Assembly (NCBI GenBank): GCA_965603825.1
Contig: CBFDEM010000023.1
Location: forward strand, 558,001 to 622,000
Direction of reading: 5' to 3'
Origin: Blepharisma stoltei ATCC 30299
Taxonomy: Eukaryota; Protista; Ciliophora
DNA: 64,000 nucleotides
The translations under genes and the position numbers were made by a program. The notes beneath the pieces are model-generated. The model searched no databases. It was not told the DNA's origin and worked only from the letters and a program-made list of their open reading frames with translations. Below are positions 24,493 through 37,337 of the stretch, in pieces (within the stretch, counting starts at the first letter, position 1; each line of letters begins with the position of its first letter).

Positions 24493-25116
24493 ATGGACAC
24501 CCTTTTACTTACGTCATTTGCAGTATTCTTTTCATTTATCCTCTGTGTAGCACCGTTTCCGAATATGATTAGAAGAGCAAAAGATAAAGAGATGCACTAT
24601 ATTCCGATCTATTTTTTGTGAATAAATCACTCTTGCAGAATAGTTTGGCTTTATTATGGAATTCTGAAAAATATTGTCCCTTTCATTACTAACTGTGTTA
24701 TGACTGGAATTGCTTCTATTTTGATGCTGATTTTGTACTATTTCTTTATCAGAGAAAAATTGAAGTTTGTTATTTTCTATACGATTTTTTTGATAGTTAC
24801 TTTTGTTTTTTCTGTCTATATATTTCCAGTGACTTGAGTTGGAAATATTGCGACTACGCTGGGAACTTTAACATATATAGTAACAGCTAAGAATTTGAAA
24901 GTTGCTATAAACACATTGAACCCAAAAATGATTGACCTGCCTATCACAATAGTGTCTTTTCTGAATTCATTCGCATGGGCATTTTACGGGCTAATAATTT
25001 TTGATTACCCTTTGATGATAGGCTGCGCTATTGGAGTGGTAGTTAGTATAGTTTTACTAGTAAGTTATGTATGGATAAATTGCAAGAAATTTAAAAAAAA
25101 ATTAATCACTGTTTAA
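24493..25116 (+). CDS. SWEET/MtN3 sugar transporter; TGA=Trp at 24619 and 24835
   Basis: 207 aa, about 7 TM, with two repeats containing WLYYG and WAFYG. The ORF track shows only the last third. Confidence 0.85.
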
Positions 25117-25129
25117 TTTTTATAATAAT

Positions 25130-28100
25130 TTACGATTCTGGGCCAAAAGTCTGGAATTTCCTGTCTGAGCCGTCAGCAATATTGCTGCTTTCTGCTATAT
25201 TGCTATCTTCTAGCATTTTAGAGTTCACTGGTACAATTGCAGGAAGGGTTTTTCTTTTACGTCGCTGTGCAAGAAATACATCAGTTGGGTTCGGGTTGAA
25301 TAAATACATATAAGCTTTTACGACATAGTCAGGGGTCAGGGCAATTAATGGAGACAAAAATAAAATTATTCAAGCTTTTCCATTCCCAAGGATATTGAAG
25401 AAAACATATGTGATTTCTGGCTGAAAAGCTCGAGAAACAGCAGTTGTATTTAAAACTATAACAGTTAAGTAGTAAAATACAATACTCCCCAGAGAAAAAG
25501 AAATAGTCAGTATATTTCAATACTGGGACTCCAAAAACAATTTATATGTGACCAAATGGATCACAAGGGTAAAAGACAACGTCGAAATTCATCATAGTCC
25601 TTGCTGTTCTCCATCAGAACTCGCTGCATAATATGACCCATACATAGGGATCCAAAAACACGTCATACCTTGCCACATAGCATAAAAGACCCACAGCCAA
25701 AACACTTTAAAGGTAAAATACACCCCTTTTTGTCCTGCGCCATATAGCTCAGGATGCTCAATTGATTCTTTAGCATTTGCGTCTTGCTCAAATATAAAAG
25801 TTAAAGCACATGGCCAACTAGTTCAGAGAGAGTTATATAGCATTGGCAACCATTCGAGAAAATATATTTGGCCACTAAAACCATTGAAAATTGCGAACCA
25901 AATTTCAGTGAAGACCACTGCAATATTTTTATAAAAATAATAGCAAATGAAAAACGAAATTCTTCTATACCCTCATCTCCCATGCACTAAAACTAGTTTT
26001 TTCAGCATTTTAAATCTACAAATCGCATAATCTGAAGCTTGAACTGCTTGTGTTCCTTCTTTTCCTGCAATTCCGACACCAATATGAGCTTCTTGTATCA
26101 TACTTACATCATTTGCACCATCTCCAATGGCAAGTGTGATCCAAGGCCCATTTTCTTTTGCTAACTGTACAATTTGCATTTTTTGGGCTGGGGAGACTCT
26201 GCAACATATACAGCTTTCGGAAATATAGGCGAGCGAAAAAAAGAGTTTCCTCATATCTTGGTTTTCTTCAAGTGCCCATGTCAAAGTAATGCCATTTATT
26301 ACTAATGCTATGTTTTCTGATAAGTCACTTTTAATTTTCCTTAATTCTTTTGCAGATTTATCATTAAGCTTGAACTCTGATGCTAGAGAATGAATTTTTT
26401 CAACATAAGCGTCTCGAGAATCAGACGATAAAAGTAAAAGCTTCATGTCAGGTCTTATTAAATTACAAGATTTTCCGATTTCAATAGCAGTTTCTTGTTT
26501 ATCACCGGTAAGGACCCATACTCTTATGCCTGCTGCTATTAATAGATGTAAGGTTTCAGGGACTTCTTCTTGAAGTTTGTCTTCAATTGCACTGGCTCCT
26601 AAGAGTTCTAAATCCTGCTCTATTTTTTCAGCACAAGCGTCCATTTTTTCTTGTTTGTCATATGTGGAAGAAAGCATTAATTCTCGCCAAGCGATCATCC
26701 ATTCTTGTAGTTCTAGTGCTTCTAGACGTTTTTGGCAGGTTACAAGTGTTCTTAACCCTTCTTTAGCGAAATCATCTAAATGCTGCTGTACAAGTCTTTG
26801 GTTGTATTGGTCTCTTCTTACCCTTGGTATCATAACTTGATCAGCTCCTTTGCAAAACAAGTAAACTTGTTTAGATCCAGTTTCTCTTACTATAATTGAC
26901 ATCCTTTTTCTATTAGAATTAAAAGGAATTTCTTCAATAATTTCCCATTTTTGGACAGAGTTGCCTACTTTTATATGCAAAAAGTTATTGGTTTTATTTT
27001 GAAGAATAAAGCCAAGCTTAGCACAACCACTAACTAAGGCAAGTTCATCAGGAGATGAAGCGTGGTATTTAGGGGTTTCTTCATTATTTTCAGGTTCAGC
27101 AGGAAAAACTGTGTGACAAATAGACAGCATCAATAAAAATTTTTCAGCTGCAATTCTATTAAAATCTGTCTCTGGGCAGTCTTTTAGCACATGGTTTAGC
27201 CTTTGGCAGTCTCATAAGCCAGTCTCAGAGTTCCCATAAGCAATTCCATTAATTGAGCATTTTTTAAATTCCATCACATTACAAGTCAAAGTCCCAGTTT
27301 TGTCACTAAAAATAAACTCGACTTGGCCTAGTTCTTCGATTAAATCTGATGTCCTGGAGACAGCAGGTTTATCTTCTGGCTCATAATAAAGGTCTAAATC
27401 TTGAGAAATTAAATACGCCATTGATAATTTTACAATTTCCAAAGCAACATATAAAGAAATCGGAATCAAATGAGAATATGCCACTAAAAAGGTCAAGGCT
27501 TGTAAGAAAAAGTCAGAAGCCTGAGGCTTGGAGTCGACGCCTAAATATTCGTGGTCTTCAATATTAGCTGTGCCCCAACTTATGCAGGATATGGCAAAAA
27601 TTATACAAATTGCACCTTGGAAAATGAAGACTGTGTAAAGCATTTTATTCATTCGCCTTAACACGTTACTGATTTTTGATGGGGCTTCTTTGGAGTTTAG
27701 CATTATTTTTGACTCTGAGCCTGTATATATAACAATACCAAATATATATTTGGTATTCTTAAGATAGCAACCTCGTAGTAAAATTTGGTTCAGGGTAAGG
27801 GGTTTCCAGTCTCCCCCTTTGCACTGCATGTTGCAGTTGCATCTGAATAAAGATATAGTAGGGTTCTCACAACAAATATGACAGATTAGATCATGCAAGT
27901 CTTCTTTTACTAGCTTTCTGGTTCCTTCTAATGCGATTTTTTCTTTCAAATTAGTTTCCCCATCAAGATTCATTGTATTTACATAAGCTATTCCATTCTC
28001 ATAAGATGAGGATAAATATACCATATCAGCAGGAAATGATTCCCCGTCCCTTACTTCAAGTAAATCCCCAACATTTACTTCTGATCATTTAATTTCTTCA

Positions 28101-28564
28101 AAATCCCCAGTTTCAAAGTTAAGTCTTCTTGTTATAGTATTATTGATTTTTTCATCCTGTTTATGTCTTTTATAATCTTCATAAGCTTCTTTTAACATAG
28201 TGAAAAATATGACACATCCAAAAGTTGCACCCATAGACCAAGGGTTTTTTGGAGAAAAAGGCATTGCTGTGAGGATTGAAATGATTAGAAAATAAATATT
28301 GGCTGCACGCTTGAATTGGATGAATAAACATTTGGGAGCTCACGTTAAAACAGTATATTTGGAAGTTCGAATTGAATTTGGACAATAAGGGACCTTTTCG
28401 TGTGGGATGTTTATTTTAATGTTCCTGACGCTTGAGCTGCCTGTCATGTGTCTAATGTACGAGTCTCTCACTGTAGGTAAAAGTTCAAAGCTTGAGCGAT
28501 CTGAACTGAATTTGCTGCCACGGAGGCTTGAGCCACCTATAGAGTTAGATGAATGCCTTGACAT
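25130..28564 (-). CDS. P4-type ATPase (phospholipid flippase), 1144 aa, 9 TGA=Trp, no intron needed
   Basis: NSIRTSKY, K(W)SEVNVGD, NLDGETNLK, IPISLYV, FSDKTGTLT, SPDE, LTGDK, IGDGAND, VHGR(W), YYFYKN. One frame to TAA. Confidence 0.96.
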
Positions 28565-29360
28565 TTATTTATTATTATTCAAATTCATAACAGTTTGGCT
28601 AAAAAAATGTTGAAAAGTCTTTTATTTTCAAATTTATTAGAAGCTTTGCAACAAAAAAGTTCAACTCTTTTTATATTTCATTAAATTTGTTTTTTTTGAT
28701 AATAATTACATTATTGATTTAAAATTGATTTTTGACTATTGATTGGTGATATAAGACAATATTTGTGATTTAAAATTATTTATATTTTAATTTTTCAGCA
28801 TTAAATTCATTTTTATGTATTTTTTAATAGGTTGGAATATTGTCTGATTAAAAGAGTATGAAGAAATAATTTAGTATTTATTAGGAAGATTTTCTGTTTT
28901 GTTTTATTAAAATTAAAAAGGAAAATTGATCAGAATTTGTATAGTTGTGTGAAGTTGAGCCTATCTGAAACAATTATGGCTGAATTAATATTGATTTAGC
29001 AGATTAGTTTGGAGAGATGTCATAATAAATTCAAAAATCATGAAGCTATTTACCTTTCAAAAACTTATTATTAATGATTTCAAATTTTTTAAATAAAATT
29101 ATTAAAAGCTTAAATATATCTAGATATTTTAATTCATTTTCAAAATATTTAGCGATATCTTTTAACTTTATTTGCAGCGGCAATAGTAAAGGCTGATTAT
29201 TTATTATCCGATTATCAGGAAATTTTACTTTAGTTTACTTGCAGAATAGCATAAGATAAAATACAAATCAGCTTACTATAAATATCTGCTGAAAAATTAA
29301 AATATGCAAACTGATATAATTCCCTTTTTCTAACCTCCATATTAAATAATAAAATTTTAA

Positions 29361-30488
29361 ATGAATAAAGACAACGCGTTCAATTTTTTGAGTGACAATA
29401 ACCTTCAGTCAATTTTTAGCAAGTAATAGCTACACAGCATTGATAGTATCTTCAACAAGGACATGTTCCAAATGCCAGGCGAGCCTTTTCAGAAAAACGA
29501 GAACTCAAACACAACAAATAATTTTTCATTCGAAAATAGTTTTGGAGATTTCTTCAAGAAATTTGAAAATAACACAGAAACAAACTTTAATAATGTAGAG
29601 ACTGAGCCTCTTGGTGAAAACAACCCTATACAAGCATGAACAAATAATGATATATTTGAGCTAGGATTAAAAGATAACCAGAATAAGCCGCCTCAGCCGA
29701 AAATTGAAACCAAAGCAGTCTTACCTGAAATAAATGCTCCTGTTTCAGCAAAAATAGATGAAAAGCCTGAACAAAAATCACTATTCCCTAAAAAGGACAT
29801 CAAAACATTTTCGTTTACAAAAGAAAATGGCAAAAAAGCTTCCCCTCCAAAAATTTTTCATTTGAAAAGGCCATTACGGCCTAAAGATGAAAACGAGTCA
29901 AATACAAAAAGAATCAAATATGAGCCATCTACTCCTGGTCAGGCTATAAAGCCTAAGCCAAACCCTCCTGAAATCAAATCAATCTTAAATGCAGAAAAAA
30001 ATCCAACTGCACCTTCAAGAAATTCTAATCAGTTCATTGACTTGGACGCAAAAAAATCAAAGCCAGAGCCTCAAACCCCTGGGAGATCGATAAAACCTAT
30101 CGCGCGTTCTTCTGAAAAAAGACCATCATTTTCAAGTAATAATTCTAACGAAAAATTAATAATCCCTAGAACTCCAGGGCCCCAAAGACAATCAAAGCCA
30201 AACTATCAAAAAGATCTAGAAGAAAAAATAGCTGAAATTAAGCGTTTTGATGAAGAAAAAAGACATTTAGAAGAGCTAAAAAAAACTATCGAAGCGTTAG
30301 AAGAGCACGGAGGGATGCCTTGTCCAAAAATAGGCTATGAGTGTCTTTTAGAGCTTAAAGAAACCTTTATGAGCGTTCAGCTAAAACTTCTAAAAGCGAG
30401 AGCTGACCAAGTTTCAATTTTGAACCAATTTTTAACAATTTCCACTCCAGATTTAGAAAGTAGGCTCAAAAAATTAAAAATTGTCTAA
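29361..30488 (+). CDS. Hypothetical low-complexity protein with TPG repeats and C-terminal helical domain; intron 29423-29437; TGA=Trp at 29637
   Basis: ATG 29361. The in-frame TAA lies in the 15-nt GTAATAGCTACACAG, and the frame joins ORF 29862..30488. Confidence 0.8.
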
Positions 30489-30533
30489 ATTTACACATTT
30501 TTGATAATTTTCTTTTAATTTATTAAAACATAT

Positions 30534-32141
30534 TTACTTTGAATCTAAATTATCCAGGTTTATTAAAGAATTCAAATCAACTGGAGTTGTTATCGCTTGC
30601 TGAGGATCAATTTTTTTCGTATTTTGGTTGAATTGGACATCAGGAATATTTATTTGGCCATCCATATTATGCTTTACTATTCTTGATTGTTGTGGTGGCT
30701 GATTGTAACCATAATTTGGCTGATTATTGTATGGTAGCTGAGGACTTGAATAAATTGGGGGAGGCTGATTTGTTGGAGGAGAATAATATGGCTGATAAGG
30801 ACTCTGTATGCTGGGATTATATTGAGGCATAGGAGAGTTTGATGATTGTGAATATTGGTTTTGAGGAATATTGGGTTGGTAGGGTTGTGACTGAGGAGGA
30901 TAAGATTGTGGCTGAGGAGGGTAAGATTGTGGCTGGGGAGGGTAAGATTGTGGTTGAGGAGGATAAGATTGTGGCTGAGGAGGATAAGATTGAGGCTGAA
31001 GAGGATAAGATTGAGGCTGAGAAGGATAAGATTGAGGCTGAGAAGGATAAGATTGAGGCTGAGAAGGATAAGATTGAGTCTGAGAAGGATAAGATTGAGG
31101 CTGGGAATAGCTTTGAGGAGGGTTTATATTAGTTGCTGGATATTGTTGATATTGTGGCGAAGATAAAGGAGGCTGGGGAAATTGCTGAGGACTATTTTGA
31201 ACTTGGATTGCTTCTTGAGGTCTCTGCATATAAGGATTTGAAACTTCAACAGGAGCTTGTGGAAAATCTGGAACAAAAGCTTTTTGAGCTGGCTTATTTA
31301 TAGCAGCTGGTGGATTTGTATAAATTGGTCGAGTTACCTGAGGAGGCTGAGCAATCTGTGTAGGCTGATTAACTTGAGGAGGATGTATACTTGTTTGAGG
31401 TTGCTGATGCACTCGAGGAGGATTTGGATGAGATACTGGAGGATTACTTTGCCCTATAACACTTGGCTGAGTTTGTGATAGCCTTGTTGAAGATTCTTGA
31501 TTTCTTTCATTTTCTGTCCTAGTTTCATCATTTCTAATTCCAGGTGCAAAGGAACTTCCTCCACTGCTTTCCTTTTCCCTTATTATTTTATTCTCCTCTC
31601 TCCTCGCATTTCACATATAATTCTCGTTTCTCCCCGAGCCTCCAGTGCTTGATTTTTTCCCTTTAAATTCTTCACTAGAAATCCCAACAAACTTTCCTCT
31701 TTGTTTTCTTGCATTTTCCCTTTCAGTTTCAATTAAAGAGAAATCTGATAAAATATTTGTCAATTCTCTTGCTTTTTCACTCACTTGAGTGACTCTGTTT
31801 CCTTCTTTATCAACTGCGTAAAATTGGGTAAATCTACGAAGCTCTTCAAGTCGGTCTCGTAGTTCTTGTACACATCGTGATGATCCGAATTTTAATAAAA
31901 TTTCCATAGCCTGGAACGTTTTAAGAATTTTTCTTCATTGTTTATTTGAGGATTTCAGCGAATCCCATATGTGTCTCATAACAATTGGGTACTCGAAAGG
32001 CTGTGAAGTTAATTCTGCTATCTTATATAGCGTGCTTGAAGGAACCCCTGCTTCTTCATCATTTATTGCTTCTTTAAGCAGCCTTTCTGTAGGTGTTAAG
32101 GTCAATTTATCACTTATTGAGGTAAATGCTTTTTTGAGCAT
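30534..32141 (-). CDS. ENTH-domain (epsin-related) clathrin adaptor with Pro/Gln-rich tail; TGA=Trp at 31935 and 31611
   Basis: ENTH signature KQ(W)RKILKT..MEILLKFGS and VSEKAREL..IL. C-terminal clathrin-box-like LINLD. Confidence 0.9.
30891..31100 (-). repeat. Coding tandem repeat, 10 x 21 nt, encoding PQSYP[S/L/P]Q
   Basis: Plus-strand unit approximately GGATAAGATTGAGGCTGAGAA, directly visible. Confidence 0.95.
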
Positions 32142-32166
32142 GATTTTTATATTTAATGTTTTTTAT

Positions 32167-32646
32167 CTATAGTAAAATCAAAGCTAAATCTCTTGGGTCA
32201 CAATTTCTCAGCTGAGCTGTAAAACCTTCATTTGGGTCTACACAGGCTCGCTTTTCTTGGACATACTCTAAGGCTTTATCAAAACTTAACAGTTGAGATG
32301 CCATGATGTATGCAGTTACAATAGCTCCACTTCTAGAAACTCCAGCATTGCAGTGGACCAAAATTTGGGTTTGGCTCATAACAGCATCGTGAATATACTT
32401 AATGCAATCAGGCAAAATTTCAATTATGCTTGAATCTGGGTTGTCTTCAAGATGGATGTAGTGGATTTCGATTGAGGGATCATCCGCAGGAATCTCAAAA
32501 TCTAATAATTGCAAAACTTTTTTTATGTTTAAAGATTGTAAAAGTTGAGCGTCGTCTAATGCACTTCTACTCCCAATAAATAAATAGTCGTTAATTTGAT
32601 GGATTTTTGTGTGAAATGCTCGACCTATTCTGTATTGATCCACCAT
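32167..32646 (-). CDS. Dual-specificity protein phosphatase (atypical DUSP)
   Basis: VHCNAGVSRS, LFIGS, AYIM, PNEGF. First ATG at 32646; ends TAG. Confidence 0.92.
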   Translation of the reverse strand: MVDQYRIGRAFHTKIHQINDYLFIGSRSALDDAQLLQSLNIKKVLQLLDFEIPADDPSIEIHYIHLEDNPDSSIIEILPDCIKYIHDAVMSQTQILVHCNAGVSRSGAIVTAYIMASQLLSFDKALEYVQEKRACVDPNEGFTAQLRNCDPRDLALILL

Positions 32647-33135
32647 TTTACAAAACAATCATATTAGTAGATGATAGGCTAAATTCCTGGTAGAAAAAAT
32701 TGAATTGGGAAATTTATGATTACTTTTTTGTTTAATATTCAGGGTTTTGGCTGAAGAAAATTATGTGAGAAAATGTAAGCCTTTTTTAGCTAAAATTTTT
32801 GGGATAGAAAGAAAATCAAAATAAATAGGTTTATTGTGGGTTTGGGTAGCCTGATATTAGCATTAATGTATGGCAAAAATTTTATAGTATTCAAAATAAA
32901 TAAAATCTAAGTCTGATGAGATTTTCTAGATTTTATTTATAGATGGTGTTTGGTTATAATTTATTAGGCATGCGAATAATTATTCTCAATAAATTGAAAA
33001 ACATCACCAAATTTCCTTATCAATAAACTTCTACTGAGACTAAATTTACTTAAATCCTGTCTAAAATATCTAACTTAGTTTCATCGCCACTATATTGCAT
33101 TAATTTTTGGATAATAAAATCAGTCTTATAAAAAT

Positions 33136-34347
33136 ATGGGCTGTGGTTCGAGTATGAATGACCCTGAGGTCAAGGCTTTATCTGACCAATTGAAATTATT
33201 CGTCAACGAAAAAAATCAGCTCCAAAACGAAGTAAACGAAATCAAGAGCAGCTTGTCTAAGAAGTCCACTACTCACGATGAAATCAAATCACTGGAGCAC
33301 GAGAACAAAAAACTGAAGCACGAAATAAAAGACCTTGAAAAAGACATAAAGGAAGCAGATCAAGATTCTAATACAAAAATCGCCGCCCTAGAAGCCAAAA
33401 TCAAAGAAGTTGAAGAGGAATGGGAAAAGAAAAAAGCTGAGAGAAATGACGTCAGCAAGAAGCTCACAGAAGTCAATGGAGAATCTTCAAAACTCACAGC
33501 AGAAGTCAAAGCTTTGGATACTCAAAAAGCTGAAGAAGAAAAAAAGATTGCAGCTTTAAAGCAAAAATTAGAAGAAAAGGTAAAATTAACCAAAGACTGT
33601 GACCAGCTGAAAGAAAAAATTGACGATTTGAAGGATACTGTTGAAAAAAAGAACTCGCTGATTGCTGATCTGGAAAAAGATTTGGCAGATATAGCGACTG
33701 AAGGGACTGTGGAAGGGTATGAAGCTGAATTAGCTGAAGCTAAAAAGACAAACCAAGCAATTGTGGACGAAACTGCCTCTCAAACCAAGTTTTTACAGGA
33801 CTGCAAGGCTGCTAATTATGGTAAAAAATTAGATGAAGCCAAAGACAAGCAGGAAGAGTTGCTTAAACAGCTAGAAATAAAACAAAGTGAAAGAGCTGCC
33901 TATGAAAACCAAACTAGAAGCAAGGAATCACAAATCGTGACCTTAACTGAAACATTGAAAGCCAGAATTGAAGCCTTGAACCCTATTACAGAAGAAGACT
34001 TCAACCAACAAATTGCAGCCCAAGAAGGCCTCAACGCAGAAATCAGCAAAGAAATCCAAGGTTTAGAAGCCACTAAACACGCTAAAAGAGAAGAATTAAA
34101 GCATATCATTGCAAATGACGACCAAAGCCAAGAAAATGAAGTCGCCAAACAAATTTCTGAAAAAGAGGCTGAAGTCCATACATTAGAAGCTGACTGGAAA
34201 AAGAGAATTGCAGATATGAAGGAAACAATTCAGAGTTTGAGCAATGAAAGAAGAACACTTAAAGGAGAAATTCATAATTTGCATGAAGAGCACCATGAGC
34301 TTGAGAAAAAGATTAAGAAAGCCAAAAAGCACCACCATCACCATTAA
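33136..34347 (+). CDS. Putatively N-myristoylated/palmitoylated (MGCGSS) coiled-coil protein with C-terminal His5
   Basis: 403-aa ORF with heptad-rich E/K composition. Confidence 0.88.
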   Translation: MGCGSSMNDPEVKALSDQLKLFVNEKNQLQNEVNEIKSSLSKKSTTHDEIKSLEHENKKLKHEIKDLEKDIKEADQDSNTKIAALEAKIKEVEEEWEKKKAERNDVSKKLTEVNGESSKLTAEVKALDTQKAEEEKKIAALKQKLEEKVKLTKDCDQLKEKIDDLKDTVEKKNSLIADLEKDLADIATEGTVEGYEAELAEAKKTNQAIVDETASQTKFLQDCKAANYGKKLDEAKDKQEELLKQLEIKQSERAAYENQTRSKESQIVTLTETLKARIEALNPITEEDFNQQIAAQEGLNAEISKEIQGLEATKHAKREELKHIIANDDQSQENEVAKQISEKEAEVHTLEADWKKRIADMKETIQSLSNERRTLKGEIHNLHEEHHELEKKIKKAKKHHHHH

Positions 34348-34393
34348 TTTAATTTCAATTGGATAATTCTTCTTAGAAATAGAAAAATTAAGA

Positions 34394-37264
34394 TTATTGG
34401 GACTCTTCGTCACTTGATAAACTGTCGGCTTGATCAAACTCATAGTCATCAATTGGACCATTGGAAGTAAGTTTTTCACTGAGGGATATCCATAAGTTGA
34501 ACTTGGATTTCGATAGGCTTGTTTGGGCGCTGATAAAAGAATTTGCAACTTCTTCTTTGCGCCAGCCTTCGATCCACGAAAAGTAGTCAAAGCTTTCAAA
34601 CTTTTTCTCAATTGTTTTTAAAGATTCTGGAATTTCTTCTTTTTCGAATTCGTAGCTATATTGGCTGCTGCTTAAATCTTCGCTGATTTTATTTAAAGTT
34701 TGGGCTGCTTCAGAATTTCCATTATGCTCATTTTCTGCTAATATTGAGGCTGATTTTAGTCTTCTTTGGAACTGCTCATAAAATGGGTTAGATTTTTCAA
34801 AGTATTTTGACACTAAAAATGCTCCATAATTGGCTAGTTTAATTAGCCCATCATTTTTCTTGGATTTTAAGCATTTAATAATATGAGATGTTATTCTCAA
34901 CGTTAAAGCTTGGTTTAGCTTATAAATTTGATGCAAATACTCTGATGGGTCGCCTTGGCCAAACGATAAAATTCATACTATTCCATGAGCTGCAGCTATT
35001 AAGTTGTCTTGGACTAAATTTTCCATTATATAAGTACAGAGTGATGCTTGAAAATATGCCTTGTAAAATGCTGCTTTTTCTCTTTCTAACGTCTGTTTAT
35101 TTTCTTCAGTTAAAACGACTATAAAAGGAGGCTCTCTAATTATTTTAAGCTGTTTTTTCAGTCTTACATAGAGAATTTCATCTTCATTCAGCATTTCAAA
35201 ACTTCTTTTGTCAGGTGTGCAATCTTTTACAGCCAAGTCCAAAATAAACCATCTGCTCAGCTGTTCCTCACCTCTGACTTTGAGTCATACAGCAAAATTA
35301 ATTAATTCATGCCTCGTGAACTCTTTGGTTCCTTGCTTTTTGTTTCTAAATGAAAGAAATTGAGCAAAAGCTTGGGATTGTCTCATAGCATAAAAATCAG
35401 TGATTCTTCTTACTAGGCTTGAAACTTTAAACTCCATAAGCTCTTCCTCATATTTTTGATTGTCTTCTTCAACTATTTGTTTAAGTTCACTAGAAATGAG
35501 AGACTTATAATGATCTGTGACAAGTTCTGTCTTGCTGCTAAGTGTATAGCTCCTTAGTAAGCCTTTCGGTATTTTTGGGATTAGAGAATTGTCAATATAA
35601 ATTAAGCAGTGTGCAGTTGCTTGGTCTTTTCCACCAGTTGCATACTCCATGACTTCTTTTTCAGTGACATCGTTTACATAAATGTCGTTATATTTTCTTC
35701 ATTGCTCATATTCTGCATCAAAAACATAAGCATAATAATAGCTTGAGCCTAGAGATCCATCATGAATTATAATAGAATGTAAATGGTATTGGTGCTTTTT
35801 TAGCTCCTCAATATCATAAATGCTCTGAATTTGCATTGTCAGCTCTTCAAGCTGACGTTCCATATCTTTTACTTTTTCACTGGCATTTGATGCAAGAATT
35901 GTTAAATATTCTTTCACTGGAGAAATTTCATCAAGAAAATCTGGACTCATCCCTAAATTTTCAGGCACCCAAAGCTGCAAGTCGGGGTAAGGATTTTCTA
36001 TTTCATCTCGAGGGATAAATTGCTCTTCTAGTAGCTTTCCGGTCTCTTCAAAAAGGACATCAAGGCTGACTCCGCCACTTTTATAATTTTTAAATTTATC
36101 AATAGCAGCTTCAAGTTCTTTGCATTTTTCAATTAAATCAGACAAAATATTCCTCCTACTCATGCTTAGTTCTTTATTTTCGAGCAGAAATCTGTCTGGG
36201 TAAATAATTTTTGGAAATGAAAATTGGTTATAGCATTTATACTTTTCCTTGCCAGAAATATAAGTTCTATTTATTTGAAATAGCAGCATCCCTGGGAGTT
36301 TTTCAATCCATTTTTCTTTTATAGCTGAAGTTTTGTATTCCTCAATCCAATATTCATCGGTTTTTGAGTAATTTAAAGTATCCCAAGCACTATATAAATT
36401 TTTTTCATATACACTTAGCTCGATTTTTCCAAAGACTGAGGGTTTTCTGAGGAGAAATGGGCTTCCATCTTCATTAGTAGCAGTTACTATATCTAGCTGT
36501 TTTGCATAAAATAGCTGAGAAACGTATCCTTGGCTTGCTAGATTAGCCCCTAGCAATGAGCTGAGTCATTTTTTCATAAGTGTTTTTTCTATAGCTTCTG
36601 GTGCTTCAGTCTTGCTTGCTGCTGCAGGTGGAAATTTTGCTTTTAATCCTTCTTCAATTCTTGCTACAAGAGTCATATTGAATTCCCCTATATCTGTGTT
36701 CATCCCAATAAATACTTTTTTGCCAAAATCATCCACAATTGCATCTAATACACCTGCAGGGTCAACGTATTTTTTATTACTTCTTATCATGAACGCAAAC
36801 AGTTTTTGCAATTCTTGGACCAATTTAACGCTTGCTTGCTTTATTCCTGATTCAGAATTTTCTTGAGCAGGATGGACTTTAAACTGAAGGATTTCTTGAA
36901 CGAGTTTTGGAATCATAAAATAAGTTTGTATCAAAGAATTGAAAAAATAAGTGCTGCCTTTGTTTTTCAAGCCTACAGGAGTGCCTTCTTTACGCTGCCG
37001 CAGTTCAGCGTTAAGAGGCTCATAAGAGTAGTTTTCTCGAGTGCTTTTATAATCGGTAAAGCCTGTATATGTGTAGGCAGATGCATCATAGTTAGATGTG
37101 ACAGTGAATGAAACTGCTTTGGTATTTGTGCCTGAGGATTTTATGTTGATTGGGAAAGAAGAAATCGCTGATGCTCCGGCGTCTATAAAGTCAGCAACTG
37201 GCTCTCAGAGGTTGTTATTGATGTCGTCTTCCCATTCCATATCAAAACTGTCTCCTTTGTCCAT
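34394..37264 (-). CDS. USP25/28-like ubiquitin-specific protease homolog, catalytically degenerate (956 aa, 5 TGA=Trp)
   Basis: PVGLKNKGSTYFFNSLIQ (Cys box), DIGEF, LLFQINR, FPKIIYPDRFL, YHLHSIIIHDG..SYYYAY (His box), (W)RKYND. One frame from ATG 37264 to TAA. Confidence 0.9.
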
Positions 37265-37337
37265 GTTATATATTTGGGTTTTAATTAGAGGCGTTTTAAT
37301 GAGAGCTATAAGCTATCATAAGATTGTCTTGAAATTG

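Noticed and set aside
30839-31166. Plus-strand repeat ORFs (EEDKIEA and LRRIRLR repeats) and CRISPR-like appearance
   Set aside because: Head-to-tail repeats with no spacers; the open frames are by-products of the minus-strand PQSYPxQ repeat.
32910-33041. TGATGA...CTGA with flanking AGTC/GACT, a possible C/D snoRNA
   Set aside because: Kink-turn geometry is off and I could not identify an rRNA-complementary guide.
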